DNA from: a virus
Lineage: Duplodnaviria; Caudoviricetes
Virus record (IMG/VR): IMGVR_UViG_3300031993_000010
Location: 1 to 64,000 of that record
Strand: one strand, 5' to 3'
Length of the DNA: 64,000 nucleotides
Shown here: positions 17,836 through 29,528 of the stretch, piece after piece
Layout of the letters: every line of letters begins with the position of its first letter
How positions within the stretch are numbered: the stretch's first letter is position 1
The notes under the pieces: generated by a model
Database searches by the model: none
Told to the model about the DNA's origin: nothing
What the model saw: the letters and a program-made list of their open reading frames with translations, nothing else
Program-made: the position numbers and the translations under genes

Positions 17836-19830
17836 ATGGCAGAAAACAGGATACAGTACACAACAAGGAACTATCAGGATATAAAGAACAGCCTGACCGA
17901 GATAACAAGAAGATATTATCCAAGTCTTTTCAATTCCCTCAGCGACGCTTCAATCGGTGAATGGATGATTGACATTAATTCGGATATATATGATACCCTG
18001 ATGTACAATATCGACAGGGCTTATCAGGAAACTGCGGTTGAATCTGCAAACAGCAGGGAAAGCCTTATAAATATGGCACGTACTCTCGGCGTAAGGATAC
18101 CTGGACCGAAAAGTGCTATTGTGGAGGTTGAAATCTCCTGTATCTTGCCACTTAATACAAGTGCTGTTGAAGGCAGTCCCAATGACCTTGCGATTGCTGA
18201 TGAAAGTTATGCCCCGTATATCAAGAGGGGAAGTCTGTTTAGTGACGGAAGCAACACGTTTGAACTGATGGAAGATGTGGATTTCAAGAAACAGTTTGAC
18301 ATGAACGGTATGTCAAACAGAAAAATGATACCACGCAAAAACGCCAATGGTCAGATAATCGGCTACAAATACAAGAAATTGGCGATAGCGGCTGCGGGAC
18401 AGAGCAAAATCTTCAAGAGATTTGTCTCAGGTGGTGACCTTGAACCGTTTATGAAACTAACACTTCAGGACAACAGCATACTTGGTGTTGAGAGTATCAT
18501 ATTAAAAGAAGGCAGGTTGCTTGATACTAACCCTGCCATTTCGGAGTTTTATGTTGACAAGGAGAGCTATGAAGACCGTGAAGGAAGACCAACCATGCGA
18601 TTTTTCGAGGTTGACAATCTCATCGACCAGTACAGGTTTGGTTACGAAGAACAGTTCTGTGAAAGAAATGACGGCGGTCCTGACTATTACAACCCTGTAT
18701 GGGAGGCAATTGACATATTGGAGACCGAGGATGGCAATATACCGTTGCGAATGGCGGTTCGTGGCAAATGGAAACGCTTGAAAAATAAGTTTATCACTGA
18801 ATACACCGAGAAGGGTATGCTTAACATTATATTCGGTAGCGGTCTGAGAAACATGTACGGTTGTATTCCTGATAATGCTTCCGAATACACCAAATACCGT
18901 ATGTCAAGGATGGCGGCGAACGATTATATGGGTGTATTGCCCGAACCTAACACCACAATGTTCATATTATATAGAGTTGGTGGCGGCGACATGACAAACA
19001 TCGGTGCAAACACATTAACAAATATCATTTCTCTTGCCTGCACCATAAACGGTAACTGTAATGACCCTGAAGATAATAGAAAAAAACAGTCTGTCAGGAG
19101 TTCAATAGAGGTAACAAACCCGACTCAGTCCTATGGCGGAAAAGATGCTCCGACCAATGACGAGATAAGGTATATGATGAGGTTTATCTCAGGCGAACAG
19201 AACCGTTGCGTCACACTTAACGACTACTATTCACGTCTGATGCAGTTGCCCGCCAAATACGGCACACCTTTCAGATGTGGTGTCGTTGAAGAGAACAACA
19301 AGGTTATCATTTATACTCTCGGTCTTGACTATAACGGATGGCTGACAAGTCTTCTGTCTGAAACGGTTGCTGAAAACATAAAGGAATATCTGTCGAATTA
19401 TAGGATGATAAACGATTATGTGGAGATTCGTTCGGGTAGGATTATCAATCTATCGTTTGAGGCTGACGTATATATTGACAAAAGTTACGACAAAAGTGAG
19501 GTCAGCAAGAGGATAATCGAACTTATCCGTGACTATATGGACATAAGGAAATGGCAGATGGGACAGGATATTTTCATCGGTGACCTCGAAAAGGAAATTT
19601 CCAAACTCGACGGCGTGGTCAACCTTATTGATTTAAGGTGCTATAACAAGGTGGGTGACGGTTATTCTGATACAAAAATAACCCAACAGTTGGTTGAGAA
19701 TACTGATGTTGTTACTGACAATAATGAGATTGATTTGAGGGCAAGCGAAAAAACGCTGTTTGCGGATACAGGAACGATGTTTGAAATCAAGTACCCTGGG
19801 GATGTGGTTATAAATGTACGTGAAAGATAA
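17836..19830 (+). CDS. baseplate wedge subunit, T4 gp6/baseplate J-like
   Basis: RNYQDIK..L, A.SR.SL..MARTLG, IIFGSG, YRVGGG, VTNP..SYGGKD, QNRCVTLNDY. Confidence 0.85.
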   Translation: MAENRIQYTTRNYQDIKNSLTEITRRYYPSLFNSLSDASIGEWMIDINSDIYDTLMYNIDRAYQETAVESANSRESLINMARTLGVRIPGPKSAIVEVEISCILPLNTSAVEGSPNDLAIADESYAPYIKRGSLFSDGSNTFELMEDVDFKKQFDMNGMSNRKMIPRKNANGQIIGYKYKKLAIAAAGQSKIFKRFVSGGDLEPFMKLTLQDNSILGVESIILKEGRLLDTNPAISEFYVDKESYEDREGRPTMRFFEVDNLIDQYRFGYEEQFCERNDGGPDYYNPVWEAIDILETEDGNIPLRMAVRGKWKRLKNKFITEYTEKGMLNIIFGSGLRNMYGCIPDNASEYTKYRMSRMAANDYMGVLPEPNTTMFILYRVGGGDMTNIGANTLTNIISLACTINGNCNDPEDNRKKQSVRSSIEVTNPTQSYGGKDAPTNDEIRYMMRFISGEQNRCVTLNDYYSRLMQLPAKYGTPFRCGVVEENNKVIIYTLGLDYNGWLTSLLSETVAENIKEYLSNYRMINDYVEIRSGRIINLSFEADVYIDKSYDKSEVSKRIIELIRDYMDIRKWQMGQDIFIGDLEKEISKLDGVVNLIDLRCYNKVGDGYSDTKITQQLVENTDVVTDNNEIDLRASEKTLFADTGTMFEIKYPGDVVINVRER

Positions 19831-19837
19831 ATAATCA

Positions 19838-19865
19838 AGGGGCTTGCAAAAACCCCTTTTTTTTT
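19838..19865 (+). terminator. terminator overlapping a putative promoter (GTATATTTA 19866-19874)
   Basis: agggg...cccc followed by a long T run. Confidence 0.6.
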
Positions 19866-19894
19866 GTATATTTAAGTTATAAAAAGAATACACA

Positions 19895-20140
19895 ATGGGA
19901 TGTAAATGTAAAGAGAAGGCTGTTGCCGCAGAGAAGTATTCCGATGATAAACATGTACTTGAGAAAATAGAGGGGTTAAAGAGAATCCCAATGGTTATAG
20001 GCCGTATAGTCATTGGAATTTTAGTCAGTGGAATACTTATAGTTAGTCTGCCTTTCTTGGTTTTGTTTGTTGTTTTCAACACAGCCATGGGCAGAACCAC
20101 ACAGATAAACTTAAAGAGATTTTTTAACAAGAAGAAATGA
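19895..20140 (+). CDS. small membrane protein (MGCKC N-terminus)
   Basis: One long hydrophobic segment. Confidence 0.65.
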   Translation: MGCKCKEKAVAAEKYSDDKHVLEKIEGLKRIPMVIGRIVIGILVSGILIVSLPFLVLFVVFNTAMGRTTQINLKRFFNKKK

Positions 20141-23100
20141 AAAACGAAAACAATTCATACAGGGTAAGAACGGGTGTCGGCATCGACGCACCGAGCCATA
20201 TTGACGTAAAACTTGACCAGACTTTTGAATTTCTCAATATTCTATCGCTTAAAATAGGTCAGAAGAATTTATATAAGATGCCCGCGTCCAATTACGGTAT
20301 CATATGTGGTCGTGTGCTTGCCAATAAGACATTCGGTATTCCCAATGCAAGGGTTTCGGTTTTCATTCCCTCGGAAAACAGTGTATTTGATGTCAAGGAC
20401 AATATATTGTACAACTATTCCACAGTCAACAGTTCAAACATGGACGGTATAAGGTACAACCTGCTGCCTTCATCATCCAACAACGACTGCCATCAGACCG
20501 TCGGTTCAATGTATGAGAAGGAGTTTGTGCTTGACAACAATGACGTAATCAAGATATTCGACAAATATTACACATACACAACAAGGACGAACAATGCGGG
20601 TGACTATATGATTTACGGTATTCCCGTTGGTCGCCAAATGCTGCACGTTGATGTCGACCTTTCCGACATAGGCGAACTCTCAATACGTCCCTATGATATG
20701 ATATATAAGGGATACAATGTGAATCAGTTTGAAAGTCCCAACAAGTTCAGGAGGGATAAGAACCTCAACCGCCTTCCTCAGATTTTCACCCAAGACAAGG
20801 GTGTGTATGTCTATCCGTTTTGGGGCGACACGTCTGACGACGACACAAACGCCTCAATAACAAGATGTGACATTGAGATTGACTATAAGTTCGAACCTAC
20901 CTGTGTATTCATGGGTAGCATTATAAGTGACACGGGCAGCGCAAGCATATCACACAAGTGTGTCCCCGACGATAAGGTTGGCAAGATGTCTGAACTTATC
21001 ACAGGTGAGGGCAGGATTGAGATGATAAGGAAAACCTTCGACGGAAAGGTTGAGGAATTTTCCGTTATGGGAAACAGACTTATAGACGGCAACGGTGTTT
21101 GGTGCTATCAGATACCGATGAACCTTGACTATGTTAGAACTGACGAGTTTGGTAATATAGTACCTACCGACAACCCCGACACGGGTATTCCGACGAGGGC
21201 AAGGGTGCGTTTCAGAATTTCAATGGATGAACCTGGTACTGATGACACTGCAAGGAAACGTGCAAGGTTCCTTGTACCGAACAATCCGAGAATAGATGGG
21301 AAGGACAATGGGATATACCCCGAGTTCAATAAATCGGAAAAGCATGAACCTGACTATGAGTTTGGCAGTAGGACCAAGGAGGAGAGTTACAGGGATTTGT
21401 TTTGGAATAATGTATATACTGTAAAGAGTTACATACCGAGACTGCAGAAAAAGAGAAGCCCCGCAAGCAGAAAGTTTACAGGTTTTAAGATGATTAATCA
21501 CTTTGGTGACAACAATCCGTTACCGTATAACAACCTTCACATTAGAATGGGGTTTGTTTACAGGTTTCTTTGCAGCCTTCTGACAATGTTCATTGTGCTT
21601 GTTGCATCGTTGAATACGGTTATTGCAACCATTGGCTACATTTTATTGGGATTGGCATATTCGTTAGATGTGTTGGGGTATATATTTGGAGTGGTTTTGT
21701 CACCGCTTATATGGCTCATCCGTGTTTTTAAGGGGGAAGAAGTAGATGACGTTAGCGATTTAAATATTTTTAGTAAACTAACATGCCCAATATACGGTGC
21801 AATACCAAAGATGTTCATTCAGATAAGTAATTTATGTGAAGAAGATACGATGGTTTTTGTACCGGGTGCAGGTGCATGGCTTAGGGGTTGTATAACGGCT
21901 GCATGTAAAATGAGAAAGGCTAATCATTGTGTTAATAATCAACAAGTGACAATTAGCAGCCGTGATAGTGAAGATTTAATACCCCAAGAAATATCAATCA
22001 ATGAAGATGGTGATGTTGATAAGAATGAAAAAGAAAAGGCGGACCTTTGTGAACTTGGAGAAAGTCAATGGACTACCGAAATCGACAGCCTTTTGAATTG
22101 TGTGCAGAATGAGTTGGTGCAAGATAATGACGTAACATCGTTCAATTTCCAAGACGATTGGATTAATGGAGTCCTTTATGCGCCGTTATGGTATAGAAAA
22201 ATCAGACCGAAACGAAAAGTGTTTTTTGGGTTGATTCAAATTGGCGGTAGTGATGTATGGTGTGATAGTGAAAGTCGTGCAAGCAAACCGAGCCGACAAA
22301 GTTTTAAACTTTATAACACCTGTACACAGAAAAGGGATTTGGATACACAATACAAAATACAGCCATTGGACAAAGATACTAAAAAGTCAGTTGACTCACA
22401 GTGTTCAAATAACAAATGCCATCGTCAAAAAACGTATTTCAGGGTCAATAAAGGTGTTATTGTGAGAAAAGAAACCAAACTTGGTGAATTTGTATATTAT
22501 TACCGTTCAGTTGAGTATGATGAAAAAATAAACATATCCCAAATAAATAATGAGGCAGGTGACGTTAAGTTACTTTTTGCAACCGATATTGTTCTTTTGG
22601 GTAATTTAAGAGAGTGTAACTCGTTGGGTATACCTCAGTTTTTCAAACATCTTGAAAGTACCACATACAAAATGCCGCCTGATTTGGTATCGGTGGACTA
22701 TGAAGGGAAAGATGAAGACAACCCTGACTTAGATAGTGAGAATGAATATACTGGTACTGCACAGGATTGGCATACTGAGTTTACGGGTGCTGATTGGGGT
22801 AATTCAGGTGTTGACCAAAACTACAACAAAGAAAACAGTCGCTATCAAGAGCGTGGTGACGGTATAAAAGATGGTGATAATAAGGAACATGATAATGGCG
22901 GATTGTTCTATGGGATAAATTGTGCCCGTGAGTATGTCAAGCCCAAATCGTGCATTAATCTTAGTAGAATATGTGAATTTGGTGTAAGTCTTGACCAATC
23001 AATACTTTTCATGTCAAGTGAAAACAATGAAGGTACACAAATGCCACCTGATGGATTTATGTCATACGATGAGATATACAACATGGATGCTAGGTCAATG

Positions 23101-26100
23101 TTTGCCACAATGAACAGCAACGCCTTGAGAACTGTGGTAAATCCACAAACAGGATTCCCTGTATATCGTTTCAATACATTATACACTGATAATTTCGACG
23201 GTAGTTTACAAAACCTAATGTCCGACATTCCACAGGTAAATGACGGGAATATTCCAATTTTATACCACAATAACAATTTTCTTGAAGTATCAAGCGAAGC
23301 GTATTTGAGATTCAGGTATGGTTTTTTACCCAATACCAATGATTTTGGGGTGACTTTTTATCAAACCAACGATGAATATCGCTTTCCAAGATATGAAAAC
23401 TCATTCTATTTCTATTTCGGATTGAAAGAGGGAAAAACCGCCATTGACAAGTTCAGAAGTACATACTATGCTGAATGTTCCAATGAAAGTGATTCCGAAT
23501 CGGTTTTAAGGATAAATTATCAACCAAACTCGTGGTGTGCAAATGAAAGTGACAACAAGGATGATTTGGATGGGTATGTCAATTTAGACCTCAGCGACCT
23601 GACACTTCCAATAACGCTTTCAATTAAAGATGAACTCACAAACGAGGAAATTGCTAATATAACACTGAGGAATAAAGGGTATAAGTTCTATATTGGTCAA
23701 TCAAATCCAGAAGCTGTTAATGGTGGGTATTATTGTTTAAACAATGAGTTTCCAAATGGTTGGAATGGTTTGAGAAACGGTGTATATACCATTTATATTA
23801 CCGACGGTGAAGACAACCAACAGCAGGAGACAATCAATTTCCAAGCACCGAAACTTGACTGTGACTTATCTGTTACTAATTTTGTTGGAGATGTGGATGT
23901 TATAGGAGATATGATAAACCTTTCGCAACCTCCATACTGCGATATTCTTGAAAGCAGTGCAATATCTACCAATAACACATTGGAAAGAATGATTGGTGGA
24001 TATATCACCATTGAAAGTATAAACAACAGTACCAATCCCGACTATGAGATAGAAATCAAAAAAGACGGTGCTGACGAAAATGAACCGTGTTCAAGGGTTG
24101 TATATCACACTGTTGACAATAGTATAACCCCCCCAAACGCATTTAAGAATCCAACTTCTTCAACACCCTCATTACCAAGGATAATCGGTGTTAGTGAACC
24201 AAACCGTTACTATATTGTAACCATTAGAGAGAAATGTGGAGATACATATCTTCATACCAATGAATTCTCCCAAAAGGTATATGTTGCCGCTGAAACAGAG
24301 TTCAAGATGTATGTGAATGATGTGGATTATGATTTGATACAGAATTTTGACACGGGATATAGAGATGACGAACATGGCGGTGATATATTGGACAATGGTA
24401 ACATAAGTCTTGTTGAAGGATGGCTTGATTTTGCAAGCGGAATGGGACCGTTGCATGAATTGGAACTTCCATTGGCAAGTTTGCCGAGTACTGTTTCGGA
24501 TTTGAAGAACCCGTCAGCCGATTGCAAATATACACTTACCGATGAGTATTACTTTGACGAGGCGGAGTTTTTTGAAGACAATCTTACTCTCTATGACAGT
24601 GCGGAAGATTTTCAGACAAGCCCCGACCCGTTTGGACGGGTGGTGAATACAGCAAATCCGTTGGGGTATGATTACTATGAAAGAGGGAATTTAAATCCTT
24701 TGATTGGGTTTAATATAGATTATTATTATAATGGGGTAAATGATGAAGGAAAACAACTTGTCTTGGATGCGTTGAATGAGGTAATTGCAAAACGTTTGGA
24801 ACTGCTTGGGTTGATGAGAAAGGCGTTCTACCTGACCAACGACAACGGTTCGAAGGATTTGACAGTGACAGCCAACAAAACACCGTTTAATACATTGATG
24901 TATTATGTTGAGGACATTGACGACCCCGATGATAATGTGGCTTATGGTGAATATGAGGATTTGGATATAGAAAACCATGAGGATAATACCAAAAACAGCA
25001 TTTCAATACCTACGATAGAATATGATTACACAAATGATTGTATAGTGTTTCGTATAATCTGTAATAACCAACATAAAAGACCTTATTATGTTGGTGTGAG
25101 AAGTCAAAGGAATGTAACAGTACCCAATTTGCTTGGGATTAACAGTAACGGTGGTTTTACACCTGGTGCGAACATGCCACCTTTACACAGCGTAGACATG
25201 ATGCACATGTTCGGTATACATATTATTGACAAGATACCAACGTTTGCGGGTATTGTGTGGCAACCAATGGTTGAATACCCGATTTACGGTGCAACCACAC
25301 AGGGATATCAAGGTGCATATATGACAATGGACGGATTGATAGCGGGGCACCTTTATAATATGTTCTCAACATCCAATAACAGAAACTCCGCTGAGTTTGT
25401 GACACAGCAGTTGGGTAATGAAGACGTTGAATTTTATACCGTAACCGTAAGGACCGAAGATGGTGTAACCCCTGACGAGTACCATATTCCAACCACACGC
25501 TATATCTATAATGAGAGGGAGTATAGCAATAACCAAGTTAACGACCTGTACAACCAATATTTGAATTATTCCATTGGTGAGACCACAACCACCCCTGCAG
25601 ACCCGTGGAGACAACAGTATATGTCAGTGAGAAGTAATTCCAACACATTATATATAAGGGATGTTGATGACACGTTCTTCACCTTTCCTGTCAATATTTT
25701 GAATGGCCGCAAGCCTGGTTTTGACGAGGATACGGTGATAGAACAGAATGACGCCACTTATTTAAAAGGTCGTTTACCTGAAAGCATTGGCGGTTATGAA
25801 ATGATATGGTATGTAAGAACCGAGGACAATCCAATCTATGGCAAATTTATGAATAACTCAAATATTACACCGTCTATCATGGATTGGGACGCTCAATTTT
25901 GGGATACAGGAACTATAAACATCTCAAAGTGTTATTTCATCGGTTTATCGAATGATAGCAATCAAACATATAGAGTGGTAACCCCGACCTATGAGGTTGT
26001 GCCGATTGATGTACAATGCAGTGAGAATAGTAACAGTAAATTGCAGATTACGATAAATAACATATCCAATAATTGCTATTATTTGCGGTATTACAACTTC

Positions 26101-26262
26101 AACGTTTATGCAGAGGCACAAAAAATCACATCACAAGATGTTGCGCCTGGTACACAGACTATTGATACCGAATATTCTTGGAGTGATTATCAAACCAACA
26201 ACCCGACATTGTATATAAAGGATGTTACAGGAATAAGAAGAAAATTGAATCTAACAACATAA
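20137..26262 (+). CDS. very large putative virion structural protein (N-terminal carboxypeptidase-regulatory-like domain, internal hydrophobic hairpin)
   Basis: 2041 aa; GRVLAN..GIPNARVSVF..TNNAGDYMIYGIPVG; lies in the baseplate block. Confidence 0.7.
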   Translation: MKNENNSYRVRTGVGIDAPSHIDVKLDQTFEFLNILSLKIGQKNLYKMPASNYGIICGRVLANKTFGIPNARVSVFIPSENSVFDVKDNILYNYSTVNSSNMDGIRYNLLPSSSNNDCHQTVGSMYEKEFVLDNNDVIKIFDKYYTYTTRTNNAGDYMIYGIPVGRQMLHVDVDLSDIGELSIRPYDMIYKGYNVNQFESPNKFRRDKNLNRLPQIFTQDKGVYVYPFWGDTSDDDTNASITRCDIEIDYKFEPTCVFMGSIISDTGSASISHKCVPDDKVGKMSELITGEGRIEMIRKTFDGKVEEFSVMGNRLIDGNGVWCYQIPMNLDYVRTDEFGNIVPTDNPDTGIPTRARVRFRISMDEPGTDDTARKRARFLVPNNPRIDGKDNGIYPEFNKSEKHEPDYEFGSRTKEESYRDLFWNNVYTVKSYIPRLQKKRSPASRKFTGFKMINHFGDNNPLPYNNLHIRMGFVYRFLCSLLTMFIVLVASLNTVIATIGYILLGLAYSLDVLGYIFGVVLSPLIWLIRVFKGEEVDDVSDLNIFSKLTCPIYGAIPKMFIQISNLCEEDTMVFVPGAGAWLRGCITAACKMRKANHCVNNQQVTISSRDSEDLIPQEISINEDGDVDKNEKEKADLCELGESQWTTEIDSLLNCVQNELVQDNDVTSFNFQDDWINGVLYAPLWYRKIRPKRKVFFGLIQIGGSDVWCDSESRASKPSRQSFKLYNTCTQKRDLDTQYKIQPLDKDTKKSVDSQCSNNKCHRQKTYFRVNKGVIVRKETKLGEFVYYYRSVEYDEKINISQINNEAGDVKLLFATDIVLLGNLRECNSLGIPQFFKHLESTTYKMPPDLVSVDYEGKDEDNPDLDSENEYTGTAQDWHTEFTGADWGNSGVDQNYNKENSRYQERGDGIKDGDNKEHDNGGLFYGINCAREYVKPKSCINLSRICEFGVSLDQSILFMSSENNEGTQMPPDGFMSYDEIYNMDARSMFATMNSNALRTVVNPQTGFPVYRFNTLYTDNFDGSLQNLMSDIPQVNDGNIPILYHNNNFLEVSSEAYLRFRYGFLPNTNDFGVTFYQTNDEYRFPRYENSFYFYFGLKEGKTAIDKFRSTYYAECSNESDSESVLRINYQPNSWCANESDNKDDLDGYVNLDLSDLTLPITLSIKDELTNEEIANITLRNKGYKFYIGQSNPEAVNGGYYCLNNEFPNGWNGLRNGVYTIYITDGEDNQQQETINFQAPKLDCDLSVTNFVGDVDVIGDMINLSQPPYCDILESSAISTNNTLERMIGGYITIESINNSTNPDYEIEIKKDGADENEPCSRVVYHTVDNSITPPNAFKNPTSSTPSLPRIIGVSEPNRYYIVTIREKCGDTYLHTNEFSQKVYVAAETEFKMYVNDVDYDLIQNFDTGYRDDEHGGDILDNGNISLVEGWLDFASGMGPLHELELPLASLPSTVSDLKNPSADCKYTLTDEYYFDEAEFFEDNLTLYDSAEDFQTSPDPFGRVVNTANPLGYDYYERGNLNPLIGFNIDYYYNGVNDEGKQLVLDALNEVIAKRLELLGLMRKAFYLTNDNGSKDLTVTANKTPFNTLMYYVEDIDDPDDNVAYGEYEDLDIENHEDNTKNSISIPTIEYDYTNDCIVFRIICNNQHKRPYYVGVRSQRNVTVPNLLGINSNGGFTPGANMPPLHSVDMMHMFGIHIIDKIPTFAGIVWQPMVEYPIYGATTQGYQGAYMTMDGLIAGHLYNMFSTSNNRNSAEFVTQQLGNEDVEFYTVTVRTEDGVTPDEYHIPTTRYIYNEREYSNNQVNDLYNQYLNYSIGETTTTPADPWRQQYMSVRSNSNTLYIRDVDDTFFTFPVNILNGRKPGFDEDTVIEQNDATYLKGRLPESIGGYEMIWYVRTEDNPIYGKFMNNSNITPSIMDWDAQFWDTGTINISKCYFIGLSNDSNQTYRVVTPTYEVVPIDVQCSENSNSKLQITINNISNNCYYLRYYNFNVYAEAQKITSQDVAPGTQTIDTEYSWSDYQTNNPTLYIKDVTGIRRKLNLTT

Positions 26263-29200
26263 TGCCGAACATACTTTCAAATAGTAAGAATTCAATATAT
26301 TCTGTTGACAAAGAATCCAAAATCAATGTGGATTTGGAACAGACAGGTAAAATACTGCCCTTGACCGACATCAAGGCGGTTGTAGACCAATATGAGATAT
26401 ACAAGGAAGAATCCGCCAAGTGTAACAACTATCGGGTCACGTTGACAATCAAACCATATTGTACAAACGTTCTTTTTAATCCGTGTACTGAGATTATATT
26501 CAATGAAGGGGCGTATGATATTGGAGATGCAGACAAACCTCAGATACAGGTTATAACCGATAATGGAACAGCCTCTGTGCGTTCCGAGTTTGAAGATAAA
26601 GTTTATGGTTTGGAAAGTGGTCTTACACGTCACTATATGGTGGAAAACACCGAATATTCAAGTGACAAGATAAGTGGCGACGGATATACGTACCATCCTG
26701 GCTATGATATATTTGGTAATCATCTTCTAAGAAACCTTTCATTCAGGACCGTGATTCCTTCTAATAATAAAAATCCTGACCGCGACTCTAAAATGGAACC
26801 AATCCCCCTGAGAGAGGTATTTAACACAATAGAGGATTATATGAGAGAACAGGATGGGGATGAAATTAAAGCATATGGCCGCTTTACCCCTGACGATGAG
26901 TCAAAAGATTGGAAGCATCTTTATGATTTAACAAATACTCTTTCATTTGAAAAGGGAGAATCTACAGAAGCAAACCTGACATCGGAAGACGGTTGGTTCG
27001 GGTTTGTCAACAATTCATCAATGGAGGTGAAAAAATGGGATAAACACTCAGGTAAGCCTGATACAGACCCACAAAACAACACATTCAGTCATGTTATAAA
27101 CAACAAGGGAAACTGTGAGTTTATTGACATGTATCCCGACAGGAGTCTGTTCTCCTTTGTACCAAAAGTCAACAAGTTCAAACATAGATTGGAGAAGAAT
27201 TGGGATGTATTTTTGACATATCCTTACGAAAACTTCTACGGTCATGAACTTGTGGAGAAAAATGGTACAAATTCCCTTGCAACATTAAATGTTATCTATA
27301 AAAACCTTAGAAGTGGGGGTTACGGCGTTGAGTTCAGGACATATTGCAAACATAATCTCTCATCAAATGATGAAATAACTATATTTTACACTTGGGGTAA
27401 TGATAATTTCACTGTAGGTGAGGACACTTACAGGGTTTCATATGTTGGTGACATGGAGAACAATAAAAAAGACTATTATTTCGCCATAGACGGTATAGGT
27501 TTGATAAACGATGTGTTCGGTGACAGAATATTGGATGAGTTTTATGAGGAAACAACACCGTCAGCCAACTACACCGTATTCAACCATAAGGTGGGTGTGA
27601 TACCAAACCCCGCCAATACAGAACCCGAGGTAATAAGACTTTATTTATATCAAGTTATTTCAAACAATAGTTTGACATGGGATAGCAGCAATACTTTTGA
27701 CTTGCTGCCTGCCGATGTGGAACACGGTCCTGTGAACTGCAGGGTGAGAATGAGGGATGAAAACGGTGACTATGTGTTCAACTATTATGTGTATGATGGC
27801 AATGATTATATATTACAAGATGACACGTTTAACCCTGACAACTATGAGTTTGGGGAGGGAAATACGTTTGACAGCAAACCTTATGGTTATGTTCAAAACG
27901 ATGTGATACGTGTTTTCAGGTTTGTGATGTACGAAAAGGTGGAAAAATGGTACATTCAGAAGAACGAAGATGGGATTCCGTTGGATGTCAATGAGATAAT
28001 CAACAGTAAACTGCAGGAAGGCGTTGAAATAAGGTTTGCCAAGTGTGTCAATGGTCATAATTGCGAGTATTATATCAGGAAATTCAAGAAGATACCGAAC
28101 CTGAAATACAAGGTTGAGGATTTGACTGACGAGGTGGCGACAAACAAGGTGCGTTTCGATGAATATGTGGAAAACAACGCATTTAAAAACAATACAATGC
28201 GTGATTTCATGAACGAAACTTATCAGTTGGCGTTCTCCAAGACCATATACAATGATGATGTGACACAGATACAGTTCACCGATACATTGTTTTTGGATAA
28301 AATCAGGGACAATCTCGGCAGACCGCTTACCGATATATATGCAACCATTGTGAAGAAAAATGTTGGCTACAAACATTGGTATGATAAAACAACCCCAATA
28401 TATTCAGATTTAAGTGAAAATGACAGGGTTGAGTTTTCACATTGTTTCGGAAAAGTGACAAGCGGTTTGGAGATGAACAGTGAAAAGGGTGATATAGCAA
28501 ACAATGAAATATTAAAGAGTAGAAGCGAATTTTCTGATGCAACCACCTTGAATAACAACAGTGAAAATTTCACCAAATCTTTGGAAGAATGGGGTGGCAT
28601 ACATATGGAGGAAGATGGTTCTTCTGACGGTATCTATGAGAACGATTATGTGTTTTTCGGCGACGTGGTTGAATACAATCCAATGCAGGCAATGGAAACT
28701 GTGTTGTCTGATGTGCAGATGAGATTCAATACACAGATGAGGGAACATTTTGAGGATTTGAAGGATTATTATCAAATATTTGATAAGGAAATAGTTCAGG
28801 ATGACTTTAAGCAAGGTGTAGGAAACAATGGGTTTGAAACCAAAACCATTATTGGTGATAATGATTATGAAAAAAATGAAAACAGGAATGAGGGATACTA
28901 CTATAAGGCACATTATCAGATACCTGTAAGACAACTGTCAGGAACGTTGCGGCAAAGTTCACATTTTGGTGTATTACTGAAGAAAGCATATCCAATCCAA
29001 GCCGACGGACTTTTCATAAAGGTGGAGACATTGAACAAACATGGTTATGGCGGTGGCAGAACAATTTATATTTGTGATGACAAGACAGGTATATGGTACA
29101 AGAGTTCGATAGTCTATGTTGACAGTGCTACTTCCTTTGTCATCAACCCAGTCCCGAAAGACGTTGAGATATATGAAGGTAAACCTTACATGAATTGGAT

Positions 29201-29528
29201 AGAGACATGTGAACTGCTTAACAACAAAAAACTCTGTCTCAGGGTACACAATCCAAATATTCCTGATTATGCGAAGAATGCTTCGGTAAACATGTTCTTA
29301 TGGAGGGATATAATTCCTGCAGTGGAAAGTGACAATGAGGAGTTGTCCACCTATCCGTATGCAAACAACGCTTTGTACATAGACAAATGTATCAATTTCT
29401 TCCTTAAGAGACAAGACCCTGACAAGATGAACGGGTTGTATTATGATGGAAAATTCGCTGACGTGGAGGGTAAAATTGAGAAAGAATCTAATTATGTATA
29501 TATACCTGAGGCTGAAAATATATGCTGA
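26262..29528 (+). CDS. putative baseplate/tail structural protein
   Basis: 1088 aa, translationally coupled (TAATG overlap). Confidence 0.7.
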   Translation: MPNILSNSKNSIYSVDKESKINVDLEQTGKILPLTDIKAVVDQYEIYKEESAKCNNYRVTLTIKPYCTNVLFNPCTEIIFNEGAYDIGDADKPQIQVITDNGTASVRSEFEDKVYGLESGLTRHYMVENTEYSSDKISGDGYTYHPGYDIFGNHLLRNLSFRTVIPSNNKNPDRDSKMEPIPLREVFNTIEDYMREQDGDEIKAYGRFTPDDESKDWKHLYDLTNTLSFEKGESTEANLTSEDGWFGFVNNSSMEVKKWDKHSGKPDTDPQNNTFSHVINNKGNCEFIDMYPDRSLFSFVPKVNKFKHRLEKNWDVFLTYPYENFYGHELVEKNGTNSLATLNVIYKNLRSGGYGVEFRTYCKHNLSSNDEITIFYTWGNDNFTVGEDTYRVSYVGDMENNKKDYYFAIDGIGLINDVFGDRILDEFYEETTPSANYTVFNHKVGVIPNPANTEPEVIRLYLYQVISNNSLTWDSSNTFDLLPADVEHGPVNCRVRMRDENGDYVFNYYVYDGNDYILQDDTFNPDNYEFGEGNTFDSKPYGYVQNDVIRVFRFVMYEKVEKWYIQKNEDGIPLDVNEIINSKLQEGVEIRFAKCVNGHNCEYYIRKFKKIPNLKYKVEDLTDEVATNKVRFDEYVENNAFKNNTMRDFMNETYQLAFSKTIYNDDVTQIQFTDTLFLDKIRDNLGRPLTDIYATIVKKNVGYKHWYDKTTPIYSDLSENDRVEFSHCFGKVTSGLEMNSEKGDIANNEILKSRSEFSDATTLNNNSENFTKSLEEWGGIHMEEDGSSDGIYENDYVFFGDVVEYNPMQAMETVLSDVQMRFNTQMREHFEDLKDYYQIFDKEIVQDDFKQGVGNNGFETKTIIGDNDYEKNENRNEGYYYKAHYQIPVRQLSGTLRQSSHFGVLLKKAYPIQADGLFIKVETLNKHGYGGGRTIYICDDKTGIWYKSSIVYVDSATSFVINPVPKDVEIYEGKPYMNWIETCELLNNKKLCLRVHNPNIPDYAKNASVNMFLWRDIIPAVESDNEELSTYPYANNALYIDKCINFFLKRQDPDKMNGLYYDGKFADVEGKIEKESNYVYIPEAENIC

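Noticed and set aside
17446-19830. Bacterial T6SS or extracellular contractile injection system locus
   Set aside because: The baseplate genes are embedded among phage replication genes with no bacterial housekeeping context, so a phage tail is the simpler explanation.
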